Source of the DNA: a candidate division FCPU426 bacterium
GTDB lineage: Bacteria > Oederibacteriota > JAJYGY01 > DAIDJD01
Assembly: GCA_027451505.1 (NCBI GenBank)
Contig: DAIDJD010000013.1
Location: 1 to 54,629 of the forward strand
Direction of reading: 5' to 3'
DNA length: 54,629 nucleotides
Within the stretch, counting starts at the first letter, position 1, and the number at the start of each line of letters is the position of its first letter. A model generated the notes under the pieces. It saw nothing but the letters and a program-made list of their open reading frames with translations. It had not been told where the DNA came from and did no database searches. The position numbers and the translations under genes are program-made. Below, piece by piece: positions 50,782 through 54,629 of the stretch.

Positions 50782-53453
50782 GGCGCCTCCTCGACGGGCC
50801 CCGGTGGCGCCTGCTCCGCCGGCAGTTCCAGGGTGAAGACGGCCCCCCCACCCTCGCGGTTGGCGGCGTAGGCGTCGCCGCCGTGGGCCCGCGCCAAGCT
50901 GCGCGCGATGTGGAGGCCCAGGCCCGTCCCGCCGGCCGGCGACCCGGGCACCCGGTAGAACTTCTCGAAGACCCGCTCCAGGTCCGCGGCGGGCAGGCCC
51001 GGGCCGCGGTCCCCGACCGCCACGCGCAGCCGGCCGTCCCGCACCGCCAGGGACACCTCCACGGGGGTGCCCGGGGGGGTATAGGCCGCGGCGTTGAGCA
51101 GCAGGTTGGCCAGGGCCTGCTCCATGAGCCGAAAGTCGAAGCGCACCAGCGGGGGCTCCGGGGGGATGTCCAGCGCCACGCTGCGGCCCTCCAGCGCGGA
51201 TTTAAGGCCCCGGACCGTCAGGCGCACCCATTCACCGGGATCATTCCACTCCGGCCTGGGGGCCAGGACCCCGCTGTTGAGCCGGGCCATGTCCAGGAGG
51301 TTCTCCACCACCCGGTTGAGGCGCTCGCCCGCCTCGGCCACGGCCCGCAGGTGGGCGTCCCGCCTCCCGGTGTCCGCCACGGTGGCGGGATCCAGGAGCG
51401 CCTCGGCCGAGCCCAGCAGGGAGGTCAGCGGGGTGCGCAGCTCGTGGGACACGGAATTGAGCAGGGCCTGGTGCAGGGCCTCGCTTTCCCGCAGGCGGTC
51501 GGCCTCGCGGGAGCTGCGCTCCAGGTCCACCCGCTCCAAGGCTCGGGTGAGCTCGCGGGCGGCCTCCTTGAGCAAGGCCTCGTCCTCCACGCTCAAAGGG
51601 GCCTTGCGCCCGCGGCAGGCCAGGACCCCATAGCCCCCCCTGGGGCCCACCAGGGGCAGGAACAGGATGTCGCCGGAGGGCAGGCTGTCCGTGCCCCAGC
51701 CCGCGGGCTTCCCGCTGCGCAGCGCCCATTCTGCCACCGCCTCCTCCTTGGAGCCCAGCCCGAAGGATTGCCCCGAAACCTGCGGCAGGGGCTTGCCGTC
51801 CGCGCCCACCGGGAAGACCGCGCAGGGCCGGCCCAGGGCGTGCTCCAGGAGCCTCGCGGCCTCCCCCAGGCGGGCGTCGGCGTCCTCCCCCGACATGGCG
51901 TTCACCAGGCGGTAGAGCAATTCGGTGCGGCGTTCACGCTCCTCCAGGATGCGCTGGTTGGCGCGGACGCGCCGGGTGAGCAGGCCCGTGGTCACGGCGG
52001 CCAAGAAGTAGGCGAAGATCATGAGGTAGTCTTCGCCGCTGTTGATGGTGAAGGTGAACCGCGGGGGAATGAAAAAAAAGTCCCAAACCAAGGCGCTGGC
52101 CGAGGCCGCGAACAGGACCGGACCCAGCGAGGTGAACAGGCTCAGGGAGAGCAGGCCCAGAAGGAAGAGGAAACCCACGGAACGGTAGCCGAGGACCAGG
52201 TCCGCCGGGGCGCCCAAGGCGGCCATGCCCGCCACCAGCCAAAGGGCGACCCAGTACTGGGAGGGCGTCGCCTCGAAGCGCCCCCCGGTCCCACGAGGGG
52301 TTCCGCGCTCCTCCTCCAGACGCACCACATGCACGTCGAAATCCCCGGCCTCCCGGGCCAGGCGCGCCAGCAGGGAACCCCCAGCCAGCACGTTCCCGAG
52401 CAGGCCCCGGCTGGGGCGCCCCAGGACCACCTGGGAGACGTCGCGCTTCGCCGCCACCCTCCGCAGCCCGCGCACCAGGTCATCGTCCGAAACGGTCACG
52501 ACCTCGGCGCCCAACTCCTCGGCCAGGGCCAGGTTGCGCCGGAGCTGTTCGCGGCCCTTCGGGTCCAAATCCACGCCCCGGTTCACGTGCACGGCCAGCC
52601 AGGGGGCCCTGAGGCTGAAGGCCAGGCGCCGGGCGGTCCGGATCAGGCGCTCCCCGGAGGCCCGGTGGTCGACCGCGACCATGATGCGCTCGTTGGTGTT
52701 CCAGGCCCCCTTGCCCCCGGCCACGCTGCTGAAGGCCTGCAGGTCGCGGTCCACCCGTTCGGCCGTCACCCTCAGGGCGATCTCGCGCAAGGCGGTGAGG
52801 GGCCCGGGCTTGAAGAAGTTCTCTGCCGCGCGCTGGGCCTTCTCCCCCGGGTAGACCTTGCCCTCGGAGAGGCGCTGCAGCAGTTCGTCCGGGCTGATGT
52901 CGATGACCTCGACCTGGTCGGCGCGCTCCAGGATCGAGTCGGGGACGGTCTCGCGCACCCCGATCCCGGTGATGGCCTCGACGGACTCCTTGCGGCTCTC
53001 CAAGTGCTGGACGTTGACCGTGGTGAAGACATCGATGCCGTTGTCGAGAAGCTCCTCGACGTCCTGCCAGCGCTTGGGATGGCGCGAGCCCTCCACGTTG
53101 GTGTGGGCCAGCTCGTCGACCAGGACCAATTTGGGTCGGCGGGCCAGGATCGCGTCCAGGTCCATCTCCAGGAGGTCGACCCCGCGGTGCCTCCACGCGC
53201 GGCGGGGGATGACGGGCAGGCTGTCCACCAGGGCCGCGGTCTCGAAGCGGCCGTGGGTCTCGACCAGGCCGATGACCGCGTCGACGCCCTCCCAACGGGC
53301 CTTGGCGCCCGCCTCCAGCATGGCGTAGGTCTTGCCCACGCCCGCGCACATGCCCATGAAGACCCTCAGGCGCCCCTTGCCCAGGCGCGCCTCGTCGTGC
53401 TTGAGGGACGCCAAAAGGGCGTCCGGATCGGGCCGTTCGGTTCGTTCGGGCAC
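50778..53453 (-). CDS. kdpD: KdpD sensor kinase (KdpD N-terminal domain + USP-like + 4 TM + GAF-like + HisKA/HATPase)
   Basis: GTG at 53453; 891 aa. The N-terminal RPDPDALL…GRLRVFMGMCAGVGKTYAML is diagnostic. H-box SVSHELRTPLTS. Confidence 0.92.
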   Translation of the reverse strand: MPERTERPDPDALLASLKHDEARLGKGRLRVFMGMCAGVGKTYAMLEAGAKARWEGVDAVIGLVETHGRFETAALVDSLPVIPRRAWRHRGVDLLEMDLDAILARRPKLVLVDELAHTNVEGSRHPKRWQDVEELLDNGIDVFTTVNVQHLESRKESVEAITGIGVRETVPDSILERADQVEVIDISPDELLQRLSEGKVYPGEKAQRAAENFFKPGPLTALREIALRVTAERVDRDLQAFSSVAGGKGAWNTNERIMVAVDHRASGERLIRTARRLAFSLRAPWLAVHVNRGVDLDPKGREQLRRNLALAEELGAEVVTVSDDDLVRGLRRVAAKRDVSQVVLGRPSRGLLGNVLAGGSLLARLAREAGDFDVHVVRLEEERGTPRGTGGRFEATPSQYWVALWLVAGMAALGAPADLVLGYRSVGFLFLLGLLSLSLFTSLGPVLFAASASALVWDFFFIPPRFTFTINSGEDYLMIFAYFLAAVTTGLLTRRVRANQRILEERERRTELLYRLVNAMSGEDADARLGEAARLLEHALGRPCAVFPVGADGKPLPQVSGQSFGLGSKEEAVAEWALRSGKPAGWGTDSLPSGDILFLPLVGPRGGYGVLACRGRKAPLSVEDEALLKEAARELTRALERVDLERSSREADRLRESEALHQALLNSVSHELRTPLTSLLGSAEALLDPATVADTGRRDAHLRAVAEAGERLNRVVENLLDMARLNSGVLAPRPEWNDPGEWVRLTVRGLKSALEGRSVALDIPPEPPLVRFDFRLMEQALANLLLNAAAYTPPGTPVEVSLAVRDGRLRVAVGDRGPGLPAADLERVFEKFYRVPGSPAGGTGLGLHIARSLARAHGGDAYAANREGGGAVFTLELPAEQAPPGPVEEAP

Positions 53454-53587
53454 GTCGCGCGCTCCGTGAAAGTGGCCGAGCCCATCTTAAGGCAGCCAGG
53501 GCCGCGGCTGAAGCGCCCCGATGGCGGCTTCCCCGGGCCTCCGCGGCGCGCGACGGACCGGCGGGCGGCGCGGTGGGACCGAAAGGG

Positions 53588-54160
53588 TCAGGGCCTGTCC
53601 ATAGCGTCCAAGGCCAGGTTGAGCTTGAGCACGTTGACCCTGGGCTCCCCGAGAAGGCCCCACTGGGGGCCCTCCACGGCCGCCTCGACCAGGGTCCGGA
53701 GCCGGGCGGTCCGCGCGGGGCCAAAGCCGCGGGCCTGGGCCACCCGGTCCACCTGGTACAAGGCGGCCGCCGGGCTGATGTCGGGATCCAGGCCGCTGGC
53801 CGAGGCGAAGAGCAGGTCCTGGGGGGGCTCCCCCTCGCCGGGATCGGCCTTCTCCAGCGCCACCCGGCGCTGGTCCACGGCCTGCTTCAGGGCCGCCGAG
53901 GTCGGGCCCAGGTTCGAGCCGCCGGAGGGCTGGGGATTGTAGTCCACGGCCGAGGGACGTTCCCAGAAGTAGCGCTGGGAGGTGAATTTCTGCGCGATCA
54001 GCGCGGATCCCACCACGACGCCGCCGCGCTCGATGAGGCTTCCCTCGGCACTATCCCGGAACGCCCACCGGCTGGCCCCGGTCACGGCGAGAGTGTAGAG
54101 GCCCCCGCACAGCAGGGTCATCCAGGCGGTCATGCGCAAGGCGGCGGTGAGGTCCTTCAC
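53588..54160 (-). CDS. kdpC: Potassium-transporting ATPase subunit C
   Basis: GTG at 54160 with GGGAG upstream; 190 aa. One N-terminal TM segment; SGGSNLGPTS and ASGLDPDISP motifs. Confidence 0.9.
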   Translation of the reverse strand: MKDLTAALRMTAWMTLLCGGLYTLAVTGASRWAFRDSAEGSLIERGGVVVGSALIAQKFTSQRYFWERPSAVDYNPQPSGGSNLGPTSAALKQAVDQRRVALEKADPGEGEPPQDLLFASASGLDPDISPAAALYQVDRVAQARGFGPARTARLRTLVEAAVEGPQWGLLGEPRVNVLKLNLALDAMDRP

Positions 54161-54230
54161 GGCGTTCTCCCAGCTGGAATTCGGCGCGGCAGCGGAACCC
54201 AGCGCCTTTTAAAGGTTCCGGCGGCCGGCG

Positions 54231-54629
54231 TCAGGCCGCCCAATGCAAGGCCACGATGGCCATATCGAGAAGCTTGATCCCCACAAAGGGGGCGGCGACG
54301 CCCCCCAGACCGTACACGAGCAGGTTGCGGCGCAGCAGGGCGGAGGCCCCCAGGGCCTCGTACTTGACCCCCTTCAGGGCCAGGGGGATGAGCGCGACGA
54401 TGATGAGGGCGTTGAAGATCACCGCCGACAGGATGGCGCTCTGGGGGGAATGCAGGCCCATGACGTTGAGCGCGGCCAGGGGCCCGCCGGCGGCGCCCTT
54501 GGCTATGTAGAGGGCGCCGAACATGGCCGGGAGGATGGCGAAGTATTTGGCCACATCGTTGGCCACGCTGAAGGTGGTCAGGGCCCCCCGCGTCATCAGC
54601 AATTGCTTCCCCACCTCGACGATTTCGAT
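54231..54629 (-). CDS. kdpB: Potassium-transporting ATPase subunit B, C-terminal fragment (continues beyond the right edge)
   Basis: …[37 protein letters not shown]… matches the KdpB C-terminus. The frame is open to the window end. Confidence 0.9.
   Translation of the reverse strand: MEIVEVGKQLLMTRGALTTFSVANDVAKYFAILPAMFGALYIAKGAAGGPLAALNVMGLHSPQSAILSAVIFNALIIVALIPLALKGVKYEALGASALLRRNLLVYGLGGVAAPFVGIKLLDMAIVALHWAA

Overview
A 54.6 kb window from a very GC-rich genome. My impression is about 70% G+C overall, with a few sharply AT-rich islets. The features look like those of a diderm bacterium: lipoboxes, TPR/beta-barrel proteins and a Kdp system. Almost every gene from 12.3 kb to the right edge lies on the minus strand. 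Genes are tightly packed, and many junctions share 4 nt between a start and a stop codon (ATGA, GTGA or TTGA). As a result, the longest-ORF starts in the supplied track are often wrong, so I re-derived starts from the sequence.

Recognisable content, left to right:
- A low-GC BrnT/BrnA toxin-antitoxin islet with a palindromic operator.
- An HI0933-type flavoprotein, a SAM methyltransferase and ClpS.
- A secreted Trp/Pro/Thr tandem-repeat protein behind a canonical sigma-54 promoter. Just upstream sits an operon encoding a TPR/beta-barrel protein, a histidine kinase, an NtrC-type activator and a TPR protein.
- An AT-hook (HMGA-like) repeat protein.
- AhpC, a methyltransferase and an aquaporin.
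- An operon encoding a hypothetical protein, a NUDIX hydrolase, Sua5, an archaeal-type ADP-dependent sugar kinase, NadE and a HAD hydrolase.
- aceE-aceF-lpd (the E3 carries a lipoyl domain), followed by a GT1 glycosyltransferase.
- A SpoVG-like protein with an RE/RGG low-complexity tail, a DUF2203 protein and MutT.
- A ~13.6 kb glycosylation locus: TPR proteins, three GT-C-like polytopic membrane proteins, a WecA-like transferase, a GHKL ATPase, an FAD oxidoreductase and two GT4 enzymes.
- CspA.
- A 1-Cys peroxiredoxin-cysK-cysD-cysNC operon behind a 17% GC island.
- tyrS, an SDR epimerase-family gene, tRNA-Ser(UGA), and kdpE/kdpD/kdpC plus a partial kdpB.

Most interesting candidates:
1. The sigma-54-controlled repeat-protein module.
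2. The GT-C-rich glycosylation locus with no recognisable exporter.
3. The bacterial ADP-dependent kinase in an NAD/ADP-ribose context.
4. The AT-hook protein together with the AT-rich islands.

All family assignments come from reading the translations by eye. No searches were run.
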